A stretch of DNA of 64,000 bases from Geosiphon pyriformis uo1 (Eukaryota > Fungi > Glomeromycota): contig JAAOMT010000003.1 of assembly GCA_016748015.1 (NCBI GenBank), positions 1,244,373 to 1,308,372 on the forward strand, read 5' to 3'. Below the pieces are notes generated by a model. It had not been told where the DNA came from and ran no database searches. It saw only the letters and a list, made by a program, of their open reading frames with translations. Each line of letters starts with the position of its first letter. The first letter of the stretch is position 1. Positions 24,497 through 38,000 of the stretch are shown piece by piece. The position numbers and the translations under genes were made by a program.

Positions 24497-27340
24497 ACAT
24501 TATTATTTTTGTAAAATTATATATATATATAATAATAATAATAATATTTTTATTATATTTTATCTTAAAACTTATTATTTTTTGGCTTAAATTATTAACA
24601 ATTATTTTAAAAATATCATATTTTTTTTAATTAATAAACTTTTTATTTTATTTTAAAATTTAAAAAAAAAGAACATTTATTAATTTTATAATTAAAAAAA
24701 TTAAAGTATTAATAAATTAAATAATAGATTTAATCAACAACTAATTTAAATTTCTGAAAAGCCAACTTAAAATTAATTACAAAATTAATATAAAATTTTG
24801 TATTAACAAAATAAAACTTAAAAATTTTGAAATTACAAACTCAAACAAAACTTTAGAAAAAAAGTAAAAATACTTTGTAATTAGAAACCAAATAGTTTAA
24901 ATTTTAATATTTAAAATAATATTAATATTTACTAAATATAATTTTTTTTAATATATTAGTTTTATTAATATTAATATTTAATTAACTTAAAAACCAAATA
25001 TAATAATTGAATATTTTAATTGTTAAAAAAATTAAAAAACCAAAAAATAAAACAAATATAATCACAAATCTAAAAAATTAATTTATTAATATTAAAAATA
25101 ATATAGTTAAAAAAATAAATAAATCACTTAATTTTAAATATATTATAAAAAACAATAATTTTTTTTAATTAAAAAATAAAAAATAAAAATTTTAATATTG
25201 CTTTTTATTATTAGAATTAATTAACAAACAAAACAGTTTTAGTAATTTTAAAATATTTAAAATACATAACAATATATTATTATTGATTAATAAATTTTAA
25301 ATTAATATAAAAATTTTATTAAATATACAACATTATTTACAATAATATTAAAAAAAATATTATACAAAATAACAATATTAAAAGCAAAAAAATAACAAAT
25401 AACACAAAAAATTTAACAATTTTTAAAATAATAAAAAATAAAACTTAGCAAGTTAAATTTTAATAATAAAATATAAAAAGATCTAAAATACAACTTTTAT
25501 ACAAAATAACTTATAAATTGGAAAACAATCTTAATATGAACCAATTTAATTTTTAAAAAAATACCAAATATTAAAATAAAAACTATTTATTCGGAAAATT
25601 TTTTACAATTAATAAATATTATTAAAAACAATATTATTAAAAAACAAAAAAAAAGAGTTTTTTAGTTTTTATTTAATTAGCTTAATTTTTAAATTAAATA
25701 ACTTAATAAGCCAATTTAATAAAAATATGTATAAAGACATAATTTATTTTATATTGTATTTAAAATTGGTAATAATTAATTAAAAACCAATAAATAATAC
25801 AACCAAAAATTAATTCAAATTAAGATAAGTTAATAATTTTTATTTTTATTATTTAAAATCAACAATTAATTGTCATTTATAATTATAATAAAACTAAGTA
25901 TTATAATTAGTATTAATATTATAAAACTAATAAAAAAACCAAAGCATTATTTTTTATAATATTAAAAACATCAGAAAAAAATATTTTAATATTTAAAAAA
26001 ATTATTATTAAATATAACAAAGATTTATAAGATTGTTTTTTGATTAATTTGGTTTTTTTAATTATTTAAACAGTAGTAATAAAAAAAATAAAAAAAAGTA
26101 ATTTAGTTATTAGCTTTTTATTAAACATTTTAAAATTTTTAAAAGAAATAGAAATTACATTAAAATTATTTTAAATAAACTTCTTTAAAAAAACTTTTTA
26201 AAAAAAAAACTCTTAATTAAAAAAAAATAGTGTTTTAAAATCAGCAAAAAACCAACTTATTATTACTTTATTTAAAAAATGCTTTTACAAAATATTATTA
26301 AGCAATTTTAATAATTATAAATGCTTTATTAATAAAAATACTACCAGCTGTTTTAAAAAATAAAGGAATTACAACTTTTTTATTTTTGCTTTAATTGTGA
26401 TTATAAAAGTATAAGAGAAAAAAAGTTTTTTATATTATAATACTTTTAAATTTTTATTTTAATATTTATTATTAATGCTAAATTAAAGAAAATGTTTTGC
26501 AACGAACAAAATTAAAAAACCATATAAATTTAGATGATTCTTTATTGATAAATATTTTTAAATTAAATTATTATTTTACTTAGGTTTCTATTACTGATTG
26601 GTTAAATTTTTAATTTAAAACAAAGATTTGGAAATTAAAAAACCTTTTACTGAAAGACTGAAACTATTTTTAATGAATTTTCCAATTGGTCAAATAAAAT
26701 CATACAATTAATTTTAAAACTCTTTAAAACTCTTTAAATCCAAATTAATTAAAATGACAACCACGTATTTTAATTCAATAAGTATAACTTTCAATATGTT
26801 ATATCCAATAATAATAATACTATTTATTATTACTATTATCATCATCTTCATAATTACAAAGATTTTCTGCCAAGATGCGCGAGTTTGTTAGGTAGCAAAA
26901 AGCCTGGTTGATGAATCAAAAGTCCTTGAAACTTCGGAATTAATGATCGTGCGACTACTTATTACTATAATTACGCGAGAAATCCCAAATCTTGAAAGAA
27001 TTATAAGAAAAATTAAATGTAGGTATAAAAAGGGCTTGGACAAAACATTATGCCTTTTGATATAAACATTAAGTGGAGGTTTGGGAAAAGAAAAGATGAT
27101 ACAGAACGAATATCAAAGGGGATAGATGATGGGATTATAAACGATAATTCATGATTCGCGTAATGCTGAATTATAAGGATAATGCTTCGCGGTGAAGTGA
27201 TGTTAATACTTTATGCGTTAGTATACGTATATGGTTATATTGAATGGGTGAAGATGCTAATAATGTATGGCAGACTTTGCACTATGAATCAAATTGGGTT
27301 CGCCTTAAGTTGAATAATTAACATTCCAGAAATAAACGAT

Positions 27341-28800
27341 TTAAATAATTTGAAGCTGATTTAAGGGTGGAAAGGTATTTTTGAAATTAGGGCATATTTC
27401 ATAGTTTAGTAAAAACAAAATTATTCATATTTCTACTTACATAATTGCTCGGTGCTATTCCTACTGATCCATCAAGCTTCTTCGCTTGCCACCATTTACC
27501 CTTATTGTCGACAATATCCAGTATTTCTCCTTTAGAAAAAGAAAGTTCGTTTGGATCTTCTGGATTTGCTTGATCTAAATCAAGATAGAAGATATGATTA
27601 ATCAGGATCGGTTCAATTTTTGAAATTTAGATGTAAAAATATGAGGGAAACACGTAGAAAATTGGAAACTTTTGGTTTATAAATTCTCTTGGAAGCTATC
27701 GTATTATTTGCAAACTGAAATCTTTGATGTAAAGTTAAACGCCAAAAGCAACGATTTGCCTGAAAAATCGGGACTTACATTCATATAAAGCTTTGGATTT
27801 ATAAGCATATTCCGCATTTGGTGAGACAATCACTTGACTCATGTGGTGTTCTAGTTGAGGTAAAGCCATCGCAAGGTTTGAATTGGTGGGACCACCCTTG
27901 GTCTCATTCTGGTGGGGATTTGAGGTATTTTTATTGATAGAAATTGCGCTAACACTATTGTGTACGAAAGACCCTTCCTCGCTTCCGAATAAAAATACCC
28001 AGAATAACTATAGAAAATTTAAATTTTAGCAAACATAAAGAAAAATATCAAATATCTATTTGGTCGATACCTACTTGGACTATTGTTAAGAAGATAAAGC
28101 CGGCCCCAAGCGCTTGTGATGGAGCTGTATACCAATATATATTGTTGTGAACTTGGGAACATCCCAAGCTTATACCAACACCTAACAGTGTCAAAATCTG
28201 TAATTATGATGAGTGGTCATGGAGCTAATAATGTCTTTTTGGAAAGTTTAGGAATATCACTCTATTTTAACCTTAATGAAAATTCATAAGCTTATGTAAG
28301 GTACTGTATTAGACGGCCAGTATGAGTTTCCTTTGTTACTTTGTCCTCCCCATAAATATATTTTTATACAAAAGGGCACAAAATATTCCTTCACATGTAT
28401 TGGGCTCATAATCGCTTAAAATAAATAAAAAAAGGATACAGCCAGTCGATAGTATCGAATGCTGTCGGTGCCAACCGCAAGAAATATACCGGCCAGGATA
28501 AAGAAATCAAAAAGTATAACAAACCATATCAACTGCGGAGCGAACATCCGACCGCTTCCAATTATCGCAGCCAAAAATGCGATAAACCAGCCAATCTATT
28601 GAAAAAAATAGTTCTTTGAGTAGGCAGAAATGTGTACAATAACGTCCACTAAAAAAGGTCTAACCCTGTGAACATAAATGAAAAGTTTGCGGTAGAGCGA
28701 GAAAACCTTAGTCTCGAAGGTAAATACATACAACTGACAGTCCAAAAGACCCCAAAAACGTTGGATTTCCGACCACATTAGTAAAGTCAAACGACGCCAT
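27341..28800 (-). CDS. SHO1: High-osmolarity signalling protein Sho1 (4 TM + SH3), 6 exons
   Basis: Spliced by eye: [23 protein letters not shown] / IGWFIAF...DSIRYYRLA / ILTLLGV...[12 protein letters not shown] / LFWVFLFGS...YKSKALYE / [45 protein letters not shown] / LQII*; GT-AG introns. Confidence 0.92.
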
Positions 28801-29751
28801 TTCTATGTATCAATATTATTCTTCGATTCAGGATGAACACACAGTATATATAGTTTTATTATGGTTTAGAGCGAAGAAAAGGGTCGATCTTTCGTTATAA
28901 AACCCTTGCCTCCAGTTTATTTCGGAGTTGATAACTAAAACGTAAGGGCGGAGAAGTGGGTAAAAGGAAAGACAGGTGTTGAACACCAACTAAGCAAACT
29001 CTGATATTAACGAGAAGTTAAAAGAAATTTAATGTAGGGTGTATTTTTGGTATTTGAAGGCGACTGCAACTAATAAATATAAAACGGTTAGTGTATGACG
29101 ACGTGTCCATGCGCAACAAGTGTGTATTTGGTTTGTCAGAGCTTCCACTTTACACAGTGCTAGGAAAAAATCCCTTTTTAATTTAGACCTTAGTCAAATC
29201 GAGATACAAGACAATGTCTAGATTATTATCGTTATCTATAATAGAATGCTTAAATAAAATTTACACAGAAGACGATGTGAGCCTTGAAAAAAAAAAGACC
29301 AGACTATTAAGGAGTTTTTTCAAATATTTTTTCGATGAAAACAATCCTGAGGGTTCTAACTATATTTTCGGTTTGTGAATCTTTTTTGTCAAGTGACCAA
29401 ACTTATTAGAACCCGATCGTATTTAAGTGCAGTTCGTCTATCATATATTTGATTTCCGATATTAAACAAAATAATGTACAAACGATATACCACGTTTCTC
29501 AAAGCTAATCCGTTCTCCGAAAATTTAAAACATATTGGAGATCACAAAGAGATCCTGAGAACTCAAGAATAAATGACCCATTTTTAAAAAGGCAAAGATC
29601 TGTTGTCAAGTAAATAACTAAATTAAAGATGATCTCCACGTTTCAAATCGTGAAATTGTATCAAGGTCTCAATAATCTCTTATATACAATCATTTTGATA
29701 TCGTTTACATATCCATAGATGATTATCATTTTTCATTTTCAGGTATATTTT

Positions 29752-32517
29752 TCACATCCTCTCGAGTGGTGTTAGCCCTAGTAATTTTAATGCGTTACCG
29801 AGTGTAATCCTGGTGGCCCAATACATAAACAATCGAGCTTCAGCTATATTCTTTTCAGCACCCATCACCCACAAAGACTCCAATGCTACAGACACGGAAT
29901 GACTTAGTTTCATCGCGTAATTAACAATTGTGCAAGGCTCAAGAGTATGTAAAGCGCTTTTTACAACATCAGGATATTGTGCTATAATCTCGATAAGTTC
30001 CAGAGCAGGCTTTTCAAAGATCAATTCAATATTAGCCTCGGGGTTAATAGCCAGACCACAATTTCGCTGAATTGAACACAAACGAGCATGTGCATATTGA
30101 ATATACGGTCCAGTATCCCCTAGAGGAAAATAATGGCAATATATATTAGTCGAGAATCCTCATCAGTGAGTATCAAACATATATATGACTTCTACCTTCA
30201 AAAGAAAACATTCGAGTCCAATTAAAAACATAATTTCTAATTCTAAAAAACAGAGTTGCCCTCCATTTGGTATGTGATGAAAATTAAAGAAACAGAAACG
30301 AAAAGATAAAGGCCTTTTACCTTTTTGCAGCCATATCTTGTATCATGATAGCAGATATACCGATTATATCAGCGACCATCTCAGGATCTTCTATTTGTTC
30401 ATACTTTCTCTCATTATGCCTCATCACTTCATGCATGCTCTCTTTGGTCTGTCCCAAAATGTCATCCAAGAAAACCACATTACCTTTTCGTGTACTCATT
30501 CCTTGAACCATTCCAAAATTTATATGCTTACAGCGGTTTACCCAATCGTGTCCCATTAACTCTAGAATTTTGAAGAACTGTTTCATGTGAAGATCTTGCT
30601 GCGATGCCACAACGTAATACATCGCATCAAACTTGTATTTTTCGTATCTTTCAATAGCGGCACCAATGTCTCGTGTAATATAAAGCTTGGTCCCATCATT
30701 CTTTTGAACAACCGCTACATCAAGTTTGTGTTGTTTCAAATCAACAATAATTGCACCTTCTGATTCTTGGGTGAGATTTTTTTCTTTCATTATTGCAAGT
30801 GCTTCTAACATCCGTTGATTGCTAACTTGTGATTCTCCAGAAAAAATATCAAACTTGATGTTTAAACGAGCATAAGTCTCTTCATATTTTTTTATACTAA
30901 GATCTCTAAATTTATTCCACAAATCAAGAGCAATCTGATCGCCTGTACAGTTCAAAGGTCAGTAAATACGGATTAAATAATAGTCTGTTGAGTGATAGAC
31001 TTACCATCTTCCATTTTTTTGAAATAAGCTCGAGCACTTTCATTTATCTCCTTATCCTCTTCGGCATCAGACTGAAGTTGCGTGAAATTAATATTGCAAC
31101 AAATAATTTAGCATGATAAAATGACAGGAATTGGGTGAGTCACAGATATCTGAAGCTCACATTAATCTTAACATATATATCATAAAGATGTTTGATGGGG
31201 TCTTTAACCAGTTCTTGTTCTGAGCCATATTTTTCAAATCCAACAGCCAAAAGACCTAAAACTTATGTGTTTAATGTTAAAGAGCACAAAGAAATAGGAA
31301 ATGTATGTTTTGGAAAGGATTTCGTACCGTATTGCTTTCCCCAGTCTCCCAAATAATTCATCCGGATGGTTTTCCAGCCATTAGCTTCAAGCGTATTTAC
31401 AACAAAATTGCCAATTATGGTGCTACGTAAATGACCTGCATGAAAAGGTTTGGCAATATTTGGACTACTGAATTCAACCACAGCTGTCTTGCCAATGCAC
31501 GATTTATTATGTCCATATTTTTCTTTGCGAGCATAGATATCCTGTAAAAGTAATTTGGCTAACAGAGGACGAGAAATCTTAAAATTTATATAATGACCGC
31601 TAGCCGAAGCGGAGATAATGTACTTATTTGGCACTAACTGTATCCAATTTAAATATTTAGAATATCAGATTATTAGCGGTGACAGGAATCAGTGTTGTAA
31701 TTACCTTCACAGCCCAGCTCTGGGCGACCTCTACAGGATTGCCCTTGACTCGTAGTCTTGGAATAGCAATTGCAATATCCCCATGTTCCGGATTTTTAGG
31801 GACTTCCAGCAAGCTGTATACCTCTTCCCCCGTCTTTCCTGACAAATCGGCAATGACTTGAGAAACAAAATTTCGAAATATATCAAGTTTATTATTTTCC
31901 CAATCTGATCCCTGAATTTGAGGCACAGAAGACAATTGTAGGGTCCCACTCGTATTTAATACTTGTTTTGGATTTTTGATAGAGGCATCAATTAAGCTGA
32001 TAGCTTCGATTACAATTGGGAGTGATTCAATTCGTTGAATCCAAGCAGATGTTGCTTTTGATATTTCATTTCTTGCTTTTTGAAAAGTCCCATTTTTTTC
32101 CAAGGCTTTGATAACACCCCAAACCGCAAAATCAGCTAGAACTGGCTTATCAGGGTACACCAAAAAGCTTCCCTTGTGTTCGTCTAATCTTTTATTTAAT
32201 AGGGCCACAAGTTCATTTTCTGTTTTTTTGGAATTAGATAAATTAAGTAGCTGATCTTGTTCACTGGTATGTAGGAACTCTGAAGGCTTTTTCTCTTCAT
32301 AAAGGCCAGAAGATTCAGAGACACGGGCAAAGTAGCGGTAGATGTTGCTATCAATAATGAATATATTAAGTTTATTAGAGGTAAGTTTTAGAACAGTGTT
32401 AGTTGCCGTTTTCAAAGGAAATAGCTTTAGGCTTTTTAGGGTTTCCGGAGGGTGTGTCATCAAGTAAACGGTGAGTTGGCCGTAAGGTAGCAGATTCTCA
32501 GCAAAATGTAACTCCAT
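29752..32517 (-). CDS. RRS1: Arginyl-tRNA synthetase with an N-terminal GST-like extension, multi-exon
   Basis: [22 protein letters not shown] (HIGH), [34 protein letters not shown]-terminal LGLTPLERM. Confidence 0.95.
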
Positions 32518-32744
32518 ATTACTTAAGAGGCCTAAGGTGAGTAGCTAAAGACGTTTCTCAACTTTAATTGTACACTGTTTTTAGTCTCGATTATCAGTTG
32601 TTATATCTGATATCTTACACTAGATGTTTCAAATGACTAACATTACACAAAGCATCAATATTTGGGATAATCAATTTTCAGAATTTCATTGATTCGTAAT
32701 ATCATCCACAAATAGAAATTAAACTAGTGCTCTCATTCAAAGAA

Positions 32745-34421
32745 TTAGATCTCATGTGCAATACCGCTGAAATCTAAATCTTTACTATATAGTGCTTCTA
32801 CAGAATGTCCAATCACAAGTGTTGCAGGTGAAACAATCTTTTGAGTTTTAACTGCTTCTCCCAAAGATCTAACGGTAGCGCGAATTATCCGCTGATTAGG
32901 ACGATTACTATTTTCTATGAAGACCCCAGGTAATTCTCCTGGATATTCCTTTTCCAATAATGCTTTACTCATTTCATTGGCTTTAGCAACTGCCATCAAT
33001 ATAACTGTGGTCCGTGTTGAATGATATCTAGGAATTTCGGGCATTCTTCCTTGAGTACCTTGCCCTGTCGTAATAAGAACTTGATCTGCTACGCCTCGAT
33101 GTGTCACAGGAACATTTGCGGCTAAAGGAGCTGAGAAAGCACTGCTGATACCTGGGACAACCTCTACGTCCCAACCATGCTTCCTAAAAAATGCAACCTC
33201 TTCTCCACCGCGTCCAAATAAAAAAGGATCTCCTATTTTTAATCTAACAACTGTTTTGCCTTCTTTTAAAGCCTCCAAACCCCATGTTGAAAGTTGATCT
33301 TGAGAATCACGAGACTTCTCGGCACCTGATTTTGAAGCGGCGAGACGAATTTCACAATTTGCATGAGATAATATTGGTGAAGGAATAAGACGATCAGATA
33401 ATACTAAATCTGCGGTAGCAAGGGCTGTAGTAGCCTTGTGAGTCAAAAGAGATGGATCTCCAGGTCCAGCACCCACAAGGATCATTCGGCCCTTCTTCAA
33501 TGATTGTGATGAAATCCGAGCATCTTTTGATTGAATTGTAAGATAATTAAATTCTTTGATAGAATCTAAGTTGTCGGGTTGATAGTTTTCATGGTCCTTA
33601 TCTTTGAACGTTAGATAAGCCCTATTTTCAATCATGTGATGGCTTGTTTCTCCAACTTCCTCAACACTTTTTTTAGTTGTATTCTTTAAAATATCTTCTT
33701 GATTGTTTTTCAAACATAAGATCGAATCATACTGTGGAACTTGACCACTCTCATAAAAAAGCAATAGATTGTCCATTATCTTTTCATCCATTTTTTTCAG
33801 ATCTTCTAGTGACCATTCTTCGCACACTCTACTCATCCAACCCATTCTTTTGCTGGATGAGTTCTGTTTAGAGTCAAGTATTCGCAGTTTTTGTCGTAAT
33901 CTTCCAACTTTTGTGATGACATCGCCAATCCCTTCGGGCAAAGTTTCGCCTATCTTCCGACGAATAATATTGGCCATTTTTGGCCCTTGACCATTGGTTG
34001 AGACAGCAATCTGAAGTGGGCCATCACGATGCTGCGACATGAAATAAAAATCACAAAGTGGTGGCACATCGGCCACATTTATGGGGATTTTCTTGGCATG
34101 ACATATATCATAAATTTTTCTTGATACCACAAGGTCATCGATAGCGGTCAAGACCATGTCTACATCTTCAAGATCAATTTCTTTGAACTCACGATTTATC
34201 CATTTATGAACTTGGTTTTGTTCTATACGATATCTTACTTCTTCACTCAACTCATTCTCAGGGGATACAAGTATTACTTTTGCATCAGCCTCGAGAACGC
34301 TTATAATACGTGCTGCAGCAACGTCATTACCACCAACTATAAGAATGTTTTTTTCTTTAGTTCTCCAAGCGACAATTAGCGAACCACCACTTCTTATAGG
34401 TGCAAATTCGGTAGAAGCCAT
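32745..34421 (-). CDS. Siroheme synthase: Met8-like dehydrogenase/ferrochelatase fused to uroporphyrinogen-III C-methyltransferase (CysG order), single exon
   Basis: INVADVPPLCDFYF, LQIAVSTNGQGP, RMGWMSRVCEEWS; LVGAGPGDPSLLT, VVRLKIGDPFLFGRGGEE, VVPGISS, PVTHRGVA. Confidence 0.93.
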   Translation of the reverse strand: MASTEFAPIRSGGSLIVAWRTKEKNILIVGGNDVAAARIISVLEADAKVILVSPENELSEEVRYRIEQNQVHKWINREFKEIDLEDVDMVLTAIDDLVVSRKIYDICHAKKIPINVADVPPLCDFYFMSQHRDGPLQIAVSTNGQGPKMANIIRRKIGETLPEGIGDVITKVGRLRQKLRILDSKQNSSSKRMGWMSRVCEEWSLEDLKKMDEKIMDNLLLFYESGQVPQYDSILCLKNNQEDILKNTTKKSVEEVGETSHHMIENRAYLTFKDKDHENYQPDNLDSIKEFNYLTIQSKDARISSQSLKKGRMILVGAGPGDPSLLTHKATTALATADLVLSDRLIPSPILSHANCEIRLAASKSGAEKSRDSQDQLSTWGLEALKEGKTVVRLKIGDPFLFGRGGEEVAFFRKHGWDVEVVPGISSAFSAPLAANVPVTHRGVADQVLITTGQGTQGRMPEIPRYHSTRTTVILMAVAKANEMSKALLEKEYPGELPGVFIENSNRPNQRIIRATVRSLGEAVKTQKIVSPATLVIGHSVEALYSKDLDFSGIAHEI

Positions 34422-35002
34422 GAAATTGAAATTTGAAAGTTTCCACTAAAATCTGAAAAGTATGAATAAATTTCTGCATCGGTAATTAATAAATTATTTT
34501 ATAAATTTTATTAGTAATATTTTCTATTGATTATAATTTGAAGTTCCTGTCTTATGTCTTTGCACTTTCTTTAAATTATGCGTCATAAGCAAATAAATAA
34601 TGTTGTACAAGATTGGTATTTTTGTCGAAGATAGGCAATGTTTTGGCATCGTGCGCCCGTATGTTAAAAGAACGGGGAAAATCGCCTACTTTATTAGAAA
34701 CTTGAGATAGTGTAAATAACCATTATTCTCGCTTTAATCTCTCAACATTTTTTCCCCTCGTGAAAATATTATTTTATTTAATTTATGTTGTATCAACAAA
34801 GAATTTCATAAGAAGGTTATTATTTGCGGTTTAAGAGGATGTTTTATTGTTGCTTCATAATCGTTTAATACAATATCATTGCGTTTTAACCAAAAGTAGA
34901 AATATTAGGGCGTTTCCTTTCTCTCAGAACCATTTTCTCCAGTCATACCTATTAGGTTGACTTTTTGCCATCAAACTACAACCATTTTTAATTTTAAAAA
35001 TT

Positions 35003-38000
35003 ATGAGTGAGAAAAGATTAGTAGACTACGTGTTTTTAGCTGGCTTACCGCAAGATTTCCATCTTCCAACTCCTACAGAAAGCTCCGCGACGAATACAGA
35101 CATAAAGTTTGCTCAGAATAAAAAAAAAAAATCTGATAAGTCGGAACGTAATAAAACTTCAACAAAGCTGACACCAACAATAACAACAATAACAACAACA
35201 ACAAATAACGACGAAGAAAGTGTTCGATTTGCAGATGCCACACTCTTCGAAAGCATTCGTGCGAGTATTGTCAGATTTGACAATGAACGTGATGATTTTT
35301 TAAAATCACTTGGGCGTGGCATGCGTGATTCTGGGACGAAAAATGGTAACAGTAGTGGTGGTGAAGGAGCATCAAAAGCTCGTACTTCTATAGCTCCATC
35401 CTCCAGTATCTTTCGTAATGGATCTATAATATCAACTAAATTTTTGAAGAATTTGGACGAAGGATTTTCAGAAACTGATTCATTATCCTCCTCATCAACC
35501 GTGAAAAATAATGTGCCGATGCAGGAGGATCCTCAAAATTCAGAGCACCGAAGTAAGTGCCTCAAAAAAATCTAGGGCATGCCTTTGGGTGGTCAAATTG
35601 ACATTTTGTGTTCATTGCACGCATTGGCAAATTTTTATGCCTGAGGACCCACAAAGGAGCAATGAATATCCCCTGGAGAAAAACTACTGCAGATGGGTGC
35701 TACTTTGAACGTGGGAACAAGTGCGTTAATTTCGTCGATCTAATAATTTCGTCCTATCACTTTCTTAAATTCTACCACAAAGTATCGTATTTAAATGTAG
35801 CCCCTCAAGTTCCGTCGTCAAAAGGAAATATATACGATCCAGGTGAACATCCACTCAAGCAGAAATATTCGCCCCGACTTCTTGCTCGATATCCTCAAAA
35901 AGATTATTCAAAAGAAGAAAGCTTTCCTGCTTACATACCTATGGTTTGAATTATTTTTAATAAATATATTTTTATTTTTGCGATATACCCAAAGTTAATG
36001 ATCCAAAATTTAGTTCTGCTTTCCCAATGATGTTACAATCCGTGAGAGCGAATATCCTCCACCGACTACATATCATGGTTTTGTATCCTTTAATATGAAA
36101 GCCAAGAATTTTTATTATCTATAACAATAGACACAATGAATAAAATTTTCCTTAACAATAACACAAAATTAGGCTATGACCCAAGAAGATGGGTCGAAAC
36201 GTTATGGTATTTGTCTCACAACTTTTGAGCCAATATCTGAAAGTTTGGCTAAAGACATCGATTTATTACATAAAGATTGGTGCGCAAAAAATATGGTAAT
36301 TCGCATTTTTTTGATCCAATTCTTGCTAAATGTTTTATTTTAATCAATTCGATAGCTCAAAATTTTCTTCTCAAATCAAGACTGCAAGCCAGATAGAATA
36401 CGCCAACCATTTAGCTACTAAAATGCGATATGAGAAACAAAAAGTGGAAACTGCGCGTATAAAATTAGATTCCGTAGTTGATTTGACTTCAGGGCAACGT
36501 GATGAGATTGAACGCGAAAAATTAGAAGCAGAAGAAAAAGTTTCTCTCTACGTTGAGCTTCTCCAACCCATAAAGTCAGGAATAGTCGACATCACCAAAT
36601 TATGGCTGCCAAAATGTATTGGGGTAATTAGTGAATTGCCATGGCATGATGTGTTGAGAGATTGGCTCTGTGCAGTAGCAATGCCAATGGTTCAAGGTTT
36701 AAAAGAGCCAAAACAATTGGAATTGCCTTTGGAAAGGTTTAAACTTTAAAATTGATGCTCATTTAAAAATCTCACCAAAAAATTAATCCCTGATATCCAA
36801 TATTCTTATTATTTAGGTATATTGTTAATTTGGTTCATGAAATACCTGTTCCACCGCCAGGGAAACTACAAGTTGCAATATCTGTAAACGATTTGACATT
36901 ATTCTGTGGGAGACCACCATTGAATCAGATTCCCTTAATGAATGATGTAAGCCGAGAAAATGTTAATGGTTTAGCTTATAGGATAATATTAAGCTATCAC
37001 ACTTTGATTTTCATATCCTGAAATTTTATTTTTCATGGATTTTGAGCCTAAATGCAAATTGATTTCCCAATTCTTAAAAATAGTTTATTAAGTAAATTCC
37101 TTGGGATTAAATACGGAAGCCATAGTAGTGAGGTGACATAAATAGTTTCATTTATTCAAATAGTACAATTCCTTGATGGCTAGGCTGTGGCTTCCGTGTG
37201 AGTCCTGTTGTTTGATCACTTTCTATACATTTTGTTAAACGTCTTTTCTAATTGAAAATTAGTATATGAAACACAGAGTTCTGATTTCTGGATACCTCAC
37301 ATTTTACATTTGGTTTTTCTAGTTCTCCCTATTTCCGGTTTTTCGAAGCCTTTCATTCAAAACCATTTTGACATTACTGGAGGTTTGTAGCATTTGAAAT
37401 TTTCTTTTAAATAAAATCTCGGACTAAAATATTTCTCTTGTTAATCGGGAATATATTCCAAAGGCTGCTTTGGCGGAGGCTAAAATTCTCCTAATATCTT
37501 CTTATCCTGATATGCTCTTCTTGGCGGCTCATTCCATCACTTATTTGATGTACCCGCTGTATTGGCAAGGAGTCTTTATACCGATATTACCAGCTCGTCT
37601 AATGGCTTGTCTCCAAGTATATCATAATTTATTCTAATTCCAACTCATTTTCAATGTTCACGTTTTCTCAGATAAAAATATTATATACTTCAATAGGCTC
37701 CTGTTCCATATATTATGGGAATTCAACGACAATATAAAGGAATGGATTTACTTCCAGAAGATGTAAGCTAAAGTGCTATTAGGGTTAGCATAATTATTAT
37801 TATGTCCTTAATATTTACCAACCCATTATAATTAAAAGGCATGTATCGTCGATCTAGACAAAGATACTATTATGATTGCTCAGCATCCGCCACAAATTCC
37901 TTCGCGCCAAAGAAAGAAGCTTATGCAAAGCTTGGAGGCATACGCGCCTTTGCATTCCCACTACAGTCTACCATATGGTGTACCATTATATGTGCAGCAG

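Noticed and set aside
32745-34421. Bacterial HGT origin of the intronless CysG-like gene
   Set aside because: The N-half has fungal Met8-type features (GGSLIVAW, RMxWMSxVCExWS); lack of introns alone is not evidence
35637-35720. MPEDPQRSNEYPLEKNY inside DENN intron 1, resembling flanking exon motifs
   Set aside because: Short similarity with no convincing in-phase splice sites; could be chance
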